Positions 20,362 through 30,377 are shown, counted from the stretch's first letter. The stretch is 64,000 nt of DNA from Pseudomonadota bacterium (GCA_021835845.1 JAKBJU010000001.1:76908-140907); one strand, 5' to 3'. A program made the numbers and translations. The notes: generated by a model not told the origin, from the letters alone.

Positions 20362-20373
20362 TGCATTGATGCC
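20351..20373. terminator. Perfect 10-bp stem / 3-nt loop hairpin at a convergent gene junction
   Basis: GGCATCAATG-ATG-CATTGATGCC. Both convergent stop codons lie in the 5' arm. No U-tract follows. Confidence 0.45.
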
Positions 20374-20933
20374 GGCGCGAAGAGCGAAACGCAATAATCC
20401 GACAGCTCCTGCATCAGCACTGAAACGGCCCGGTTGGCGGCAACCACCCCGCCGTAGGGATTATTCTCCGGACAAGCCTCGAATATTTCGAACTCCCGTG
20501 TTTCCGCCGCCTGTCCGTCCCGGCGAATCCGGGCACGCAGCACGAAATGTATCCTGCTCGAATTCCCGTAAAATTCCTGCCTCAACAGGACGATCTCGGT
20601 ATCGAGCCGCATGTCCCCGGGAGAAGGCGCCTTCACCACATTCTGAAATCGCCGGGACAGGGTCTCGATCAGGATCGGATACAGCATCTTCGCAGGCGAA
20701 GCGACCCACTGATTCCTTGAGAAATAGTCGATCTGATGCGGCCTCGTCACATACGCCATCCTGGGAGTATCGTATCCAGGCAAAACGGAAGGGCTGCCAA
20801 CCACGAGCGTCGCCGGCAGCATATCCCGGGGCGGCTTGCTTGCAACTGGAGCATCCAGGGTAAAGAGATCGATCCGGGTCTGGGAAGCGCAGGAAGCCAG
20901 CAGGAGCACCAGAACAAAAAGTTTCGCAGCCAT
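20355..20933 (-). CDS. ABC-transport auxiliary lipoprotein (DUF330/PqiC-like)
   Basis: Start trimmed to MAAKLFVLVLLLASC (lipobox), 1 nt after the MCE gene stop. Last gene of the Mla/MCE operon. Confidence 0.7.
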   Translation of the reverse strand: MAAKLFVLVLLLASCASQTRIDLFTLDAPVASKPPRDMLPATLVVGSPSVLPGYDTPRMAYVTRPHQIDYFSRNQWVASPAKMLYPILIETLSRRFQNVVKAPSPGDMRLDTEIVLLRQEFYGNSSRIHFVLRARIRRDGQAAETREFEIFEACPENNPYGGVVAANRAVSVLMQELSDYCVSLFAPASMHH

Positions 20934-20934
20934 G

Positions 20935-21837
20935 TTATTCTCCGGGGCCTGGGCGGCCTGCCGGCCTGCCGTAAACAAGTATTGCGGGATTTCTTTCGAT
21001 TTCAGCACTCACTCGCTTGAGGGATGCGGAAAGATCGGTCAATTGCACCATCAACGAATGGAATTCCGGAATTGTTTCATCGACATGCGCTATCGTATTG
21101 CGTGCGGCAGCACTCGATTGCGAAGCCTCTTTCGCCATTTTCTCGAATTCGTCTGCGGCGCTTCCGAGTCGTTGAATCAACTGCGGCAATGACTCGCTCG
21201 CTTTTTCCCCGTTCGCCAGCATTTTCGAAGCGTCGGTCACGCCAGAATCGATCGCGTTCGACCGCCTTGCCAGGACATCGCTCAATTTGGCAAGATCGGA
21301 CAGTATTCTCGACAAATCGGCCCGGTTCTTTTCATTCAGGGTGTCATTCAGCCTTCCGATCGATTCGTTGAGATTGGTCAAGATGGGCGTGATCGTGGTG
21401 TCGAGACGACTCATGAGTGAAGGCGCCGACCGGATCACGGGATATTTCTCGCCGTTCTTGGCTTCAAGAACAGGAGATTGCGCATCCCCTCCCGACAATT
21501 CTATTGTCGCAATCCCCGTCAGCCCCTGGCTTCTCAAGGTCGCGACGGTGCTTTCCCTGATGACGATGCCGCTTTCGATCTCAAGGAGAATACGCACCGA
21601 TTCCTGCTTGTCTGGCGCGATCGATATCTCCTTGACCCGTCCGACAGAAACACCCCGATATCTGACGGGAGCATTCAGGTTGAGCCCGGCAACCGATTCA
21701 TTCATGTAGACCAGGTAATCATTGTAGCTCTTTCGGTATTCGGCCCCTGCGCCGAGCCAGATCACTCCCGCGATCAATGCCATGCTGAAAACCAGAACGA
21801 AAATACCAACTATCACGTAGTTTACTTTTGTTTCCAT
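20935..21837 (-). CDS. MlaD/MCE-domain substrate-binding protein
   Basis: N-terminal TM anchor, an MCE core (VRYRGVSVGRVKEI) and a long helical C-terminus. Confidence 0.85.
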   Translation of the reverse strand: METKVNYVIVGIFVLVFSMALIAGVIWLGAGAEYRKSYNDYLVYMNESVAGLNLNAPVRYRGVSVGRVKEISIAPDKQESVRILLEIESGIVIRESTVATLRSQGLTGIATIELSGGDAQSPVLEAKNGEKYPVIRSAPSLMSRLDTTITPILTNLNESIGRLNDTLNEKNRADLSRILSDLAKLSDVLARRSNAIDSGVTDASKMLANGEKASESLPQLIQRLGSAADEFEKMAKEASQSSAAARNTIAHVDETIPEFHSLMVQLTDLSASLKRVSAEIERNPAILVYGRPAGRPGPGE

Positions 21838-22598
21838 GCCTGCTCCCGGGCCGCCCTACCCCTCGGCCCGTAAAAATATTCACGGATCAAGGGATGACTC
21901 GATTCCGATAATTCCATCATGGTGCCCATCCCGAGCACGTGTCCGTCTCCCAAAAACGCCACCCTGTCCGCCACATGCCAAAGCAGATCGAGGTCATGGG
22001 TGACAATCACCATGGTGAGATCCAGGGATCGTTTGAGATGCAAAACGAGTTCATCGAACCCGTTCGCGCTCAAAGGATCCAGTCCGGCAGTCGGCTCATC
22101 CAGGAAAAGCAGCTCCGGGTCAAGCGCAAGCGCTCTCGCCAAGGCAGCCCGCTTTCTCATCCCGCCCGAGAGCTCGTCCGGATACTTGAATTTGGCACTG
22201 GCAGGCAGCCCCGCAAGCGCAATCTTGATGGACGCGATCTCCTCGATCAATTCCTCACTCAATGCGGTATGTTCTTGAAGCGGCAATCCCACATTCTCCA
22301 ACACATTGAGTGAGCTGAAAAGCGCGCCACGCTCGAACATCATTCCACAACCCTTCCTGAAATCGAGCGCTTCCATATCACCGAGTCCGAGCACTTCCCT
22401 CCCGAAAACACGTATCGACCCAGAAACAGGCTTCTGCAGCAGCATGATTTCCCTGAGCAGGGTCGATTTTCCGCAACCGCTGGATCCGGCAATCGCAAAA
22501 ACTTCTCCGCGCATGATTTCCAGGCTGATATGGTCGTGAATTACGGCATTCCCGAAACTTGTGCAGAGATCGCTTATTTCCAGGATCGCTTCGCTCAC
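21822..22598 (-). CDS. ABC transporter ATP-binding protein (MlaF-like)
   Basis: Walker A GSSGCGKST, signature LSGGMRKR, Walker B LLFLDEPT. Start trimmed to a GTG that forms a GTGA overlap with the permease stop. Confidence 0.85.
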   Translation of the reverse strand: MSEAILEISDLCTSFGNAVIHDHISLEIMRGEVFAIAGSSGCGKSTLLREIMLLQKPVSGSIRVFGREVLGLGDMEALDFRKGCGMMFERGALFSSLNVLENVGLPLQEHTALSEELIEEIASIKIALAGLPASAKFKYPDELSGGMRKRAALARALALDPELLFLDEPTAGLDPLSANGFDELVLHLKRSLDLTMVIVTHDLDLLWHVADRVAFLGDGHVLGMGTMMELSESSHPLIREYFYGPRGRAAREQAWKQK

Positions 22599-23674
22599 AG
22601 CTGCACCAGACTGAAGATGACGGAAAAAATGGCATCCGCCACGATGACCAGGAATATCGATTGCACCACGCTCTTCGTCGTCTGGCGGCCCACGCTGTCT
22701 GCACTGCCCTCCACCCGAAAGCCTTGGAAGCATCCCACCACGGCAATGATCGCGGCAAAGACAGGGGCCTTGCCGACCCCGACAAGGAATGCCGAAAGCC
22801 TTATCGATGAACCGAAACGATCGATGAAATCAGTGTAGCTCACGCCCAGATCAAACGAAGCCATGATCATCCCGCCCAGAACTCCCATGATGTCGGCGTA
22901 GACCGTCAGGAGCGGCAGCGTGATCAGCAGGGCGATGATCTTGGGAAGAACAAGCTGGTCCATGGGGGAGATGCCTATCGTTCTCATGGCGTCGACTTCT
23001 TCCGTCACTTTCATCGTGCTGATCTGTGCAGTGAAGGCGGAGCCGGAGCGCCCCGCAACGATGATCGCGGTAAGAAGCGGACCCAGCTCGCGCAGCATCG
23101 AAAGCCCGACAAGATTGACGACGAAAATATTGGCCCCGTACCTTGCCAGTTGCTCCGCCCCCTGATAGGCAATCACAATTCCCATCAGAAAGGAAAGCAG
23201 CCCAGCAATGGGCAAGGCATCGAAGCCCGTATGCTGCAAATTGTGCCATATCGGCTTCCAGCGAAGCCTTCCGGGATTCGTGATGGCGTGCACAAGGGCA
23301 ATTGCCACCTCACCGATGAAGGAAAGCATGCCCTCCAGCTGGGAAAGCAGCCGCCATCCCATCATGCCCACCTTTTCGAGAAACCCCCTTGATTGCAGCT
23401 CGGTTCTTTCAGCCAAATCGAGTGACGCGACCATCTCGACAAGTGCGGCATGCCCGGGCTTCAATCCGGCAATACCGAGAGCATGTCCCTGAAGGGCGCG
23501 ATGAAATAGCCATGCCCCTGCAGTATCCATGGCCTCAATATCCTGCGCCACCACCGATGTCGCTCCGGAAAGCGGCAATCCCGCTAGTTTCCCTTCAAGA
23601 TCGGCCACCCCTGAAATCGTCCATTCGCCCGCCATGCGTATTTCGGAGCCGACGATTTCAATTCTGGCCTGCAT
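22595..23674 (-). CDS. MlaE-family ABC permease with N-terminal STAS-like domain
   Basis: C-terminal MlaE-type TM core. The first ~95 aa (IRMAGEWTISGVADLEGKL...QDIEAMDTAGAWLF) look STAS/MlaB-like. Start trimmed to the ATG at 23674, 1 nt after the rmuC stop. Confidence 0.8.
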   Translation of the reverse strand: MQARIEIVGSEIRMAGEWTISGVADLEGKLAGLPLSGATSVVAQDIEAMDTAGAWLFHRALQGHALGIAGLKPGHAALVEMVASLDLAERTELQSRGFLEKVGMMGWRLLSQLEGMLSFIGEVAIALVHAITNPGRLRWKPIWHNLQHTGFDALPIAGLLSFLMGIVIAYQGAEQLARYGANIFVVNLVGLSMLRELGPLLTAIIVAGRSGSAFTAQISTMKVTEEVDAMRTIGISPMDQLVLPKIIALLITLPLLTVYADIMGVLGGMIMASFDLGVSYTDFIDRFGSSIRLSAFLVGVGKAPVFAAIIAVVGCFQGFRVEGSADSVGRQTTKSVVQSIFLVIVADAIFSVIFSLVQL

Positions 23675-23675
23675 G

Positions 23676-25028
23676 TCATTCCAGTCCGTCCGAAACGACC
23701 GGCAAAAGTCCATTTTCTTCGAGTTCGACCGCTTCTATCTTGGCAAACCGCTGGGTGATCTTCCTGCTCGAAACATGCACTTCTTCCACATCCTTGTTGG
23801 CAAGGCGGATGTGATCGGCAAGACTCTTCATGCGCTTGTCGAACAGACCGAAATCGCGCCCGAGCTTGGCGAGTTCTTCCTTGATGATATGGACCTGGCG
23901 TCTCGTCTCGACATCCTTCAACACCGCGCGCGCAGTATTGAGCACCGCCATCAGCGTGGTGGGAGAAACGATCCATACGCGTTTTTGCATCGCGTAATCC
24001 ACCACATCGCCATGGTAGGCATGAATTTCGGCGAAAACCGCCTCGGCCGGGACGAACATCACCGCTCCGTCGGAAGTTTCGTTGGGTATGATGTATTTCT
24101 TGGAAATATCGTCGACATGACGCCTCACATCCAGCTTGAATTGCTTCTGGGCGAGCAGGCGTTCGGCTTCCCCAAGATTCGCATCGAGCATTCTGTGATA
24201 GTTCTCCAGGGGAAATTTCGAATCGACGGCAACCTTTCCGGTCGGCTCGGGCAGGAACAGCACGCAATCGGCACGGGAACCGTTGGATAACGTGTATTGC
24301 ATGGCGTAGAAGGGTTGATCGGGGTTGTTCGGCAGGATATTTCTCACCAGAGATTCGAGCTGCACTTCTCCGAAAGCGCCACGGGAACGCTTATCGCCGA
24401 GGAGTTCCTGGAGACTCACGACATTGGTCGTCAGTCCATCGATTTTCTTCTGCGCCTCGTCAATCGTCGCCAGCCGCGCAATCACGCTGGTGAATGTCTC
24501 GTTGGTCTTCTTGAACCCTTCGTCCAGCCGTTCCGTCACCTTCCCGCTGATCTCGGCAAGCCGTTCATCGACCGTCTTGTTCATTCTGTCGATGCTAGAA
24601 ACAAGCTGTTCGCTCGCCTGGCGGAATGCGATCGAGATCTGCTCCTGATCGAGCCGGCCCTGTTCGGTCAATTTGGCCTGGAGTGTGAGAGAAAGTTCGG
24701 AAAGCTTCTGGATCATCGCTTCCCTGTTTCTAGCAAGGTGTTCGTTCTGCGAAAGCTGCAGGGACTGCATCGCTTCCCTCGTCTGGACCAGTTCATGCGA
24801 CACCTGAGCGCGCAGCTTCTCTCCGGACTCCTGAAGGGCTGCGATCATCCTGTCGGATTGCCTGACAAGTCCGTCGTGCAAATCTGACAAGACGGCGCGG
24901 TGATTTTCCTCGGTCAAGCGAATCTGATTTTCGGAAAGACTGCGGAGCGATGCGAACACCTTGAAAGCGAACAAGCCGAAGACCGCAAACATCAAAACCG
25001 CAAAAACGGATAAAACGATTTCGAGCAT
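23676..25028 (-). CDS. rmuC: DNA recombination protein RmuC
   Basis: N-terminal TM helix, long coiled coil, and a C-terminal RmuC nuclease-like domain (MFVPAEAVFAE..VSPTTLMAVL). Start trimmed to MLEIVL, preceded by a G8 run. Confidence 0.85.
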   Translation of the reverse strand: MLEIVLSVFAVLMFAVFGLFAFKVFASLRSLSENQIRLTEENHRAVLSDLHDGLVRQSDRMIAALQESGEKLRAQVSHELVQTREAMQSLQLSQNEHLARNREAMIQKLSELSLTLQAKLTEQGRLDQEQISIAFRQASEQLVSSIDRMNKTVDERLAEISGKVTERLDEGFKKTNETFTSVIARLATIDEAQKKIDGLTTNVVSLQELLGDKRSRGAFGEVQLESLVRNILPNNPDQPFYAMQYTLSNGSRADCVLFLPEPTGKVAVDSKFPLENYHRMLDANLGEAERLLAQKQFKLDVRRHVDDISKKYIIPNETSDGAVMFVPAEAVFAEIHAYHGDVVDYAMQKRVWIVSPTTLMAVLNTARAVLKDVETRRQVHIIKEELAKLGRDFGLFDKRMKSLADHIRLANKDVEEVHVSSRKITQRFAKIEAVELEENGLLPVVSDGLE

Positions 25029-25095
25029 GCCCCCCCCTATTCGACCCATCCAGTATACATCAGGCGCAAGACTGTCCCAATATGGAGCAATGTCT

Positions 25096-25123
25096 TTGAA
25101 TCATAAAAAAAGTCCGGTATAAT
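25096..25123 (+). promoter_or_regulatory. Sigma70-type promoter of the rpsF operon
   Basis: TTGAAT-16 nt-TATAAT, about 64 nt upstream of the rpsF ATG. Confidence 0.55.
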
Positions 25124-25137
25124 CCCAGTTTTACCTT

Positions 25138-25165
25138 GCCTTACCGTCTGCGCATGGCGGAAGGC
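25138..25165 (+). promoter_or_regulatory. 5'-leader hairpin of rpsF (candidate S6:S18 autoregulatory element)
   Basis: GCCTT(A)CCG - 11-nt loop - CGGAAGGC, an 8 bp stem with one bulged A, just upstream of the AAGGAG SD. Confidence 0.35.
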
Positions 25166-25186
25166 TTCAACCCACAAGGAGAATCC

Positions 25187-25555
25187 ATGCGACATTACGA
25201 AATCGTTTTTATCGTCCACCCAGACCAGAGCGAGCAAGTTCCCGCGATGATCGATCGCTATCGCGGCATGGTCACGTCCAAGGACGGAAAGATCCATCGC
25301 CTCGAGGACTGGGGCCGTCGTCAGCTGGCCTACCCCATCCAGAAAATCCACAAGGCGCATTACGTTCTGATGAATGTCGAATGCGACCAGGAAACCCTGG
25401 AAGAGCTCGAACACACTTTCAAGTTCAACGATGCGATTCTGCGCCATCTGACCGTCAAAATGGATTCCGCCGTGACGGAGCCCTCGCCCATGATGCGCGA
25501 GGAGCGGGCAAAGGCAGCGCCTGTCGAGGAAAGCAAGCCGGCAGAAATCGCCTAA
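25187..25555 (+). CDS. rpsF: 30S ribosomal protein S6
   Basis: [25 protein letters not shown]. Start trimmed to the ATG preceded by AAGGAG. Confidence 0.95.
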   Translation: MRHYEIVFIVHPDQSEQVPAMIDRYRGMVTSKDGKIHRLEDWGRRQLAYPIQKIHKAHYVLMNVECDQETLEELEHTFKFNDAILRHLTVKMDSAVTEPSPMMREERAKAAPVEESKPAEIA

Positions 25556-25855
25556 GTGGATTGCAACACCGTCTGTCTTGCCGGGAAGCTCGCCAGTTCT
25601 GGGCCGTTGCGATATTCGCCAGCCGGGATGCCGATCGCGGAATTCAGGCTGTTCCATTCATCGACTCAGGTCGAGGGCGGCACGGGGCGGAAGGTCGAAT
25701 TCGAAATAGGCGGCATGGCTGTAGCGGATGTTGCAATAGCGCTATCCGGACTCAAGGCAGGGGACCCCATCAGGCTTGAAGGCTTCCTGGCAAAAAAGAG
25801 TCACAGAAGCGGAGAACTCGTTTTTCATACAACTCATTTTGAATTAATAGGATAA
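25556..25855 (+). CDS. priB: Primosomal replication protein N
   Basis: 99-aa OB-fold protein between rpsF and rpsR. GTG start immediately follows the rpsF stop. Confidence 0.8.
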   Translation: MDCNTVCLAGKLASSGPLRYSPAGMPIAEFRLFHSSTQVEGGTGRKVEFEIGGMAVADVAIALSGLKAGDPIRLEGFLAKKSHRSGELVFHTTHFELIG

Positions 25856-25859
25856 AATC

Positions 25860-26138
25860 ATGTCACGTCCATTCAAACGCAACGACAAGAACAAGAAAGA
25901 TGGCGCAAATGCTTCGCGCAATCTTTTCAAGCGCAGGAAATTTTGCCGCTTCACCGTGGAAGGCATCAAGGAAATAGATTACAAGGATGTCGAACTCCTG
26001 AAAGATTTCATCAGCGAAAATGGCAAGATCATTCCTTCTCGCATCACGGGAACAAAAGCCCATTATCAGCGCCAGCTCGGGACGGCAGTTAAGCGCGCCC
26101 GTTTCCTTGCGCTGCTCCCCTATACCGATCTGCACTGA
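25860..26138 (+). CDS. rpsR: 30S ribosomal protein S18
   Basis: [10 protein letters not shown]...[27 protein letters not shown]. Confidence 0.95.
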   Translation: MSRPFKRNDKNKKDGANASRNLFKRRKFCRFTVEGIKEIDYKDVELLKDFISENGKIIPSRITGTKAHYQRQLGTAVKRARFLALLPYTDLH

Positions 26139-26149
26139 GGAGTTCAATC

Positions 26150-26596
26150 ATGCAAGTTATTCTGATGGAAAAGGTGGCCAATCTCGGCATTCTGGGCGAC
26201 ATCGTCAAGGTCAAGGATGGCTATGCCAGGAATTTTCTGATTCCGAAAAAGAAGGCAAAGCGAGCAACTGCAGCCAATATCGCGGAATTTGAGGAGAAAC
26301 GCGCCATTCTCGAGAAAGCTCAGCAGGAGATCCTGGCCAAGGCGCAGGATCTCGGTCAGAAGCTTGAGGGATTCGTCGTCCAGATCGAACATAACGCCGG
26401 CGTGGATGGAAAGCTTTTTGGCTCGATCACGAATACCGATATTTCCGAAGCATTGAAAGCCCGTGGCTTCGACGTGGAGAAATCCGCCGTTCGTCTCCCC
26501 ACCGGCCCTCTGAAACAAACTGGCGAGCATGCCGTGTCGATTGCGCTCCATGCAGACGTTGTACCGACCATTACCGTGTCCGTGGTTGCCGCCTGA
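26150..26596 (+). CDS. rplI: 50S ribosomal protein L9
   Basis: [32 protein letters not shown]. Confidence 0.95.
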   Translation: MQVILMEKVANLGILGDIVKVKDGYARNFLIPKKKAKRATAANIAEFEEKRAILEKAQQEILAKAQDLGQKLEGFVVQIEHNAGVDGKLFGSITNTDISEALKARGFDVEKSAVRLPTGPLKQTGEHAVSIALHADVVPTITVSVVAA

Positions 26597-26614
26597 GCAC
26601 GCGCATTCAGCTTG

Positions 26615-26646
26615 CAAAAAAGGGCTGATTGTAGCCCTTTTTTTGT
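26615..26646 (+). terminator. Rho-independent terminator after rplI
   Basis: A-run, AGGGCT-GATTGT-AGCCCT stem-loop, then a T7 run. Confidence 0.8.
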
Positions 26647-26671
26647 TTCGGGCGGATAATGCACCCTTGAA

Positions 26672-28048
26672 ATGCGATTGCACAAGATGACTCTCGAAAT
26701 CGACTCGATCAAGCTGCCCCCCCATTCCGTCGAAGCCGAACAATCCGTACTGGGCGGACTTCTTCTTGACAACAACGCCTGGGACAAGATCGCCGATCTG
26801 ATCAACGAGAGCGATTTTTACAGACAGGACCATCGCCTCGTTTATCGCCACATATCGCTTTTGATCGGCAGGAGCAATCCGGCAGATGTCATTACCGTTT
26901 CAGAATCCCTGGAAAGCAGCAAGGAACTCCAGAATGCCGGAGGGATAGCCTATCTCGGCGCACTCGCCCAAAATACGCCATCTGCGGCAAACATCAGGCG
27001 ATACGCCGAGATCGTCAGGGAAAGATCGGTGATGCGCAAGCTTGCAGAGGTGGGTTCCACAATTTCGGAATCCGCCTACAATCCCATGGGGCGTACCGCA
27101 GGTGAGCTTCTCGATTCAGCAGAAGCCAAGGTATTCGAGATCGCCGAAGCAAGCGCACGGGGCAAGCAGGGTTTCGTCAACATTCAACCCCTTCTGCGGC
27201 AAGTTGTGGAACGCATCGAGGTACTCTACAACCGCGAAGAAGACAGCGATGTCACTGGTATCGCCACGGGCTTCATCGACCTAGACCAGAAAACTTCCGG
27301 ATTGCAGCCCGGGGACCTCGTTATCGTGGCGGGGAGGCCCAGCATGGGGAAAACCGCATTTTCCCTGAATATTGCCGAAAATGTTGCACTGCACTCGAGA
27401 AAGCCCGTCGCAGTCTTCAGCATGGAAATGGGTGGAACCCAGCTCGCCATGCGCATGCTGGGTTCCGTAGGGCATCTTGACCAACACAAGTTGCGAACCG
27501 GTCGCCTTGCAGACGACGATTGGCCGAGCCTGACACATGCCTTGGGCAAGCTCTCGGAAGCACCGATTTTCATCGATGAGACCCCGTCTCTCAACTCGAT
27601 CGAACTGAGGGCAAGTTCGCGCAGACTGCACAGACTGCACGGGGAGCTCGGCCTGATCGTGGTCGATTACCTTCAACTCATGTCTGCCAATTCTTCAGGG
27701 GAAAACAGGGCGACCGAGATATCGGAAATCTCGCGCTCGCTAAAAGCGCTCGCCAAAGAGCTTAACGTCCCCGTGGTTGCACTCTCGCAGCTCAACAGAA
27801 GTCTTGAGCAGCGCCCCAACAAGCGCCCGGTCATGTCCGACCTCAGAGAGTCCGGCGCCATAGAACAGGATGCCGACCTGATTCTCTTCATCTACCGGGA
27901 TGAAGTCTACAATCCAGAAACTCAGGACAAGGGCATCGCAGAAATCATCATCGGCAAACAAAGGAATGGCCCTATCGGAACGGTAAAACTGACCTTCCTC
28001 GGGGAGTACACCCGATTCGAAAATGCAGCCCATTCCGGACAATACTAA
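26672..28048 (+). CDS. dnaB: Replicative DNA helicase
   Basis: PPHSVEAEQSVLGGLL and Walker A GRPSMGKTAF. An alternative start lies at 26687 (MTLEID). Confidence 0.95.
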   Translation: MRLHKMTLEIDSIKLPPHSVEAEQSVLGGLLLDNNAWDKIADLINESDFYRQDHRLVYRHISLLIGRSNPADVITVSESLESSKELQNAGGIAYLGALAQNTPSAANIRRYAEIVRERSVMRKLAEVGSTISESAYNPMGRTAGELLDSAEAKVFEIAEASARGKQGFVNIQPLLRQVVERIEVLYNREEDSDVTGIATGFIDLDQKTSGLQPGDLVIVAGRPSMGKTAFSLNIAENVALHSRKPVAVFSMEMGGTQLAMRMLGSVGHLDQHKLRTGRLADDDWPSLTHALGKLSEAPIFIDETPSLNSIELRASSRRLHRLHGELGLIVVDYLQLMSANSSGENRATEISEISRSLKALAKELNVPVVALSQLNRSLEQRPNKRPVMSDLRESGAIEQDADLILFIYRDEVYNPETQDKGIAEIIIGKQRNGPIGTVKLTFLGEYTRFENAAHSGQY

Positions 28049-28060
28049 AGCGAGAAACTC

Positions 28061-29449
28061 ATGATCAGAACCCGTTTTGCGCCCAGCCCAACCGGCTACC
28101 TGCATATCGGCGGCGCTCGCACCGCCCTGTTTTCCTGGGCCTTTGCAAAAAAGCTCGGCGGAAAATTCATTCTCAGAATTGAAGACACTGACCTCGACCG
28201 TTCCACTCCGGAATCCGTGCAAGCCATACTTCAAGGCATGGAATGGCTGGGACTCGATTATGACGAAGGCCCTTTCTACCAGATGCAGCGTCTTTCACGA
28301 TATCAGGAGGTGGCCGAGCAACTTCTTCGCGAAGGAAAAGCATACCATTGCTACGCATCCAGAGAAGAACTGGAAGAAATGAGGGAGGCGCAACGCGCAC
28401 GAGGTGAGAAACCCCGTTATGACGGAAGATGGCGCAACAGCAAACAGCCTCCCCCCAAGGACGTCACGCCCGTCCTGCGCTTCAAGAACCCGCTAGAAGG
28501 CGAAGTCGTTCTGGAAGATATCGTCAAGGGCAGGATTGTTGTGCAAAACAGCGAACTCGACGATCTCGTCATCATGCGCGCTGACGGCACCCCAACTTAC
28601 AATTTCGGAGTAGTGATCGATGACATGGATATGGGCATCACCCATGTCATCAGGGGTGATGATCATGTCAACAACACGCCGCGCCAAATCAACATCCTGA
28701 AAGCGCTCGGAGCCGACTTGCCCATCTACGCCCATCTGCCAATGATTCTGGGAGAAGACGGGGAGCGCCTTTCCAAGCGTCACGGCGCCGTGAGCGTGAT
28801 GCAGTATTCCGAAAACGGCTACCTGCCAGATGCACTGCTCAATTACCTTGCCAGGCTGGGTTGGTCGCATGGTGACGAGGAAGTATTCGATCTAAATCAA
28901 TTCATCGAATGGTTCGGACTGGACAAGATCAGCAAATCCGCAGCGCAGTTCAATCCTGAAAAGCTGCTCTGGATCAACCAGCAGCACATGAAACATGCTG
29001 ACGACAGCAGGCTGGCCATGCTAGCAAAACCTTTCCTGGAGAGGGATGGATGCAACATTGAGCATGGCCCGGATCTCGAAAAAATCTGCAATCTGCTCAA
29101 GGAGCGGGTCAATACCATAGCAGAACTCGCCGACGCGGCAGTTTATTTTTACAGGAGACTCGACCCTTCCCCCGAACTTGCGAGTGAGCATTACTCCAGC
29201 GAAAATATTCTGCATTTCGGCGAGCTCATCGCGCGCCTCTCGAATACCGAATGGAGCAGGGAAATGCTTGCGCAAACCCTCAAGGCTTTCGCCGCTGAAA
29301 AGGGCATGAAACTCGGGAAGATTGCCATGCCGCTCAGAGTGATGGTCACCGGTGAAGCACATACGCCACCGATCGATGCCGTGCTAGAATTGCTCGGTAG
29401 AGAGGAAGTGCTTTCCCGAATGCAATACCAGCTTGCGCGCTTTGATTGA
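28061..29449 (+). CDS. gltX: Glutamate--tRNA ligase
   Basis: HIGH motif PSPTGYLHIGGARTAL and KMSKS-like RLSKRHG. Confidence 0.95.
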   Translation: MIRTRFAPSPTGYLHIGGARTALFSWAFAKKLGGKFILRIEDTDLDRSTPESVQAILQGMEWLGLDYDEGPFYQMQRLSRYQEVAEQLLREGKAYHCYASREELEEMREAQRARGEKPRYDGRWRNSKQPPPKDVTPVLRFKNPLEGEVVLEDIVKGRIVVQNSELDDLVIMRADGTPTYNFGVVIDDMDMGITHVIRGDDHVNNTPRQINILKALGADLPIYAHLPMILGEDGERLSKRHGAVSVMQYSENGYLPDALLNYLARLGWSHGDEEVFDLNQFIEWFGLDKISKSAAQFNPEKLLWINQQHMKHADDSRLAMLAKPFLERDGCNIEHGPDLEKICNLLKERVNTIAELADAAVYFYRRLDPSPELASEHYSSENILHFGELIARLSNTEWSREMLAQTLKAFAAEKGMKLGKIAMPLRVMVTGEAHTPPIDAVLELLGREEVLSRMQYQLARFD

Positions 29450-29493
29450 TCTCTTTAGCATTTCAAATTGGCAGGCCATTTTCTGGAAAAAGC

Positions 29494-30372
29494 ATGACAG
29501 ACAAAGCATTGATTGACGCATTGCAGTCGACAATCCGAAAAACAGACACCCTCCCTACCATTTCAGCAATCGGGCAACGGCTGCTCACATTGCGCCTGGA
29601 CACGGAAGAAGGGGAGCGGGAACTGATGAATCTTGTCGAGTCCGACCCAATGATTGCGGCCCGTGTCATCGGTCTAGCCAACTCCCCGGTTTTTGCAGCC
29701 GCCAAAAAAATCTGCTCGATACGCGATGCCGTGATGGTTCTGGGCCTATCGAGGGTCAAGGCGATCTCTACCAGCATTGCACTCATGGGACCGATTCGGA
29801 TCAGGGATAGCGAACATTTCAACGTCAAGAAGTTATGGCTTCACAGCTTTTCCATGGCGGTGGGAATGCGCACCCTGTCCGGAATGATCCCCCGCCAGAT
29901 CCGTCCTCCCGAAGATCAGATTTTCCTGGCAGGACTTCTGCATGATATCGGATTTCTGGCATTCGCCTACCTTGAGCCGAAGAAATTCGACGAATTCCTC
30001 TCGCAGATCGAAGCCGATCCGGAGAAACCCATTGCAGCTTTAGAAAGAGAAACGCTTGGAATCAGTCACGCAGAACTGGGTGAATTGCTTGGGCTCCATT
30101 GGGGACTGCCAGACGAAATCGTAGCAGTCATTGCCGGACACCATCTGACCGGGGTTACCCAAGACCCCCTGCTCACCCTCGCCAGGATCACTGAAAGAAT
30201 TCTGGGCGATAACTCGATACGCGAGGAAGTGCGAAGTATCAGCGCCGAAGAAGCACAGGAGGAACTCGAAATCCTCGGCCTGCAGTCCGCCCATTTGGAA
30301 AAAGCCACCACCATTCTCGCACAACAACAGGAGCAGATCCGCATTCTCGCAGACATGCTGGGAAGCCAATGA
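29494..30372 (+). CDS. HDOD-domain signalling protein
   Basis: LPTISAIGQRLL ... AGLLHDIGFLAF ... HAELGELLGLHWGLP. The ATG at 29494 is preferred over the listed TTG at 29446. Confidence 0.75.
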   Translation: MTDKALIDALQSTIRKTDTLPTISAIGQRLLTLRLDTEEGERELMNLVESDPMIAARVIGLANSPVFAAAKKICSIRDAVMVLGLSRVKAISTSIALMGPIRIRDSEHFNVKKLWLHSFSMAVGMRTLSGMIPRQIRPPEDQIFLAGLLHDIGFLAFAYLEPKKFDEFLSQIEADPEKPIAALERETLGISHAELGELLGLHWGLPDEIVAVIAGHHLTGVTQDPLLTLARITERILGDNSIREEVRSISAEEAQEELEILGLQSAHLEKATTILAQQQEQIRILADMLGSQ

Positions 30373-30377
30373 CGCGC

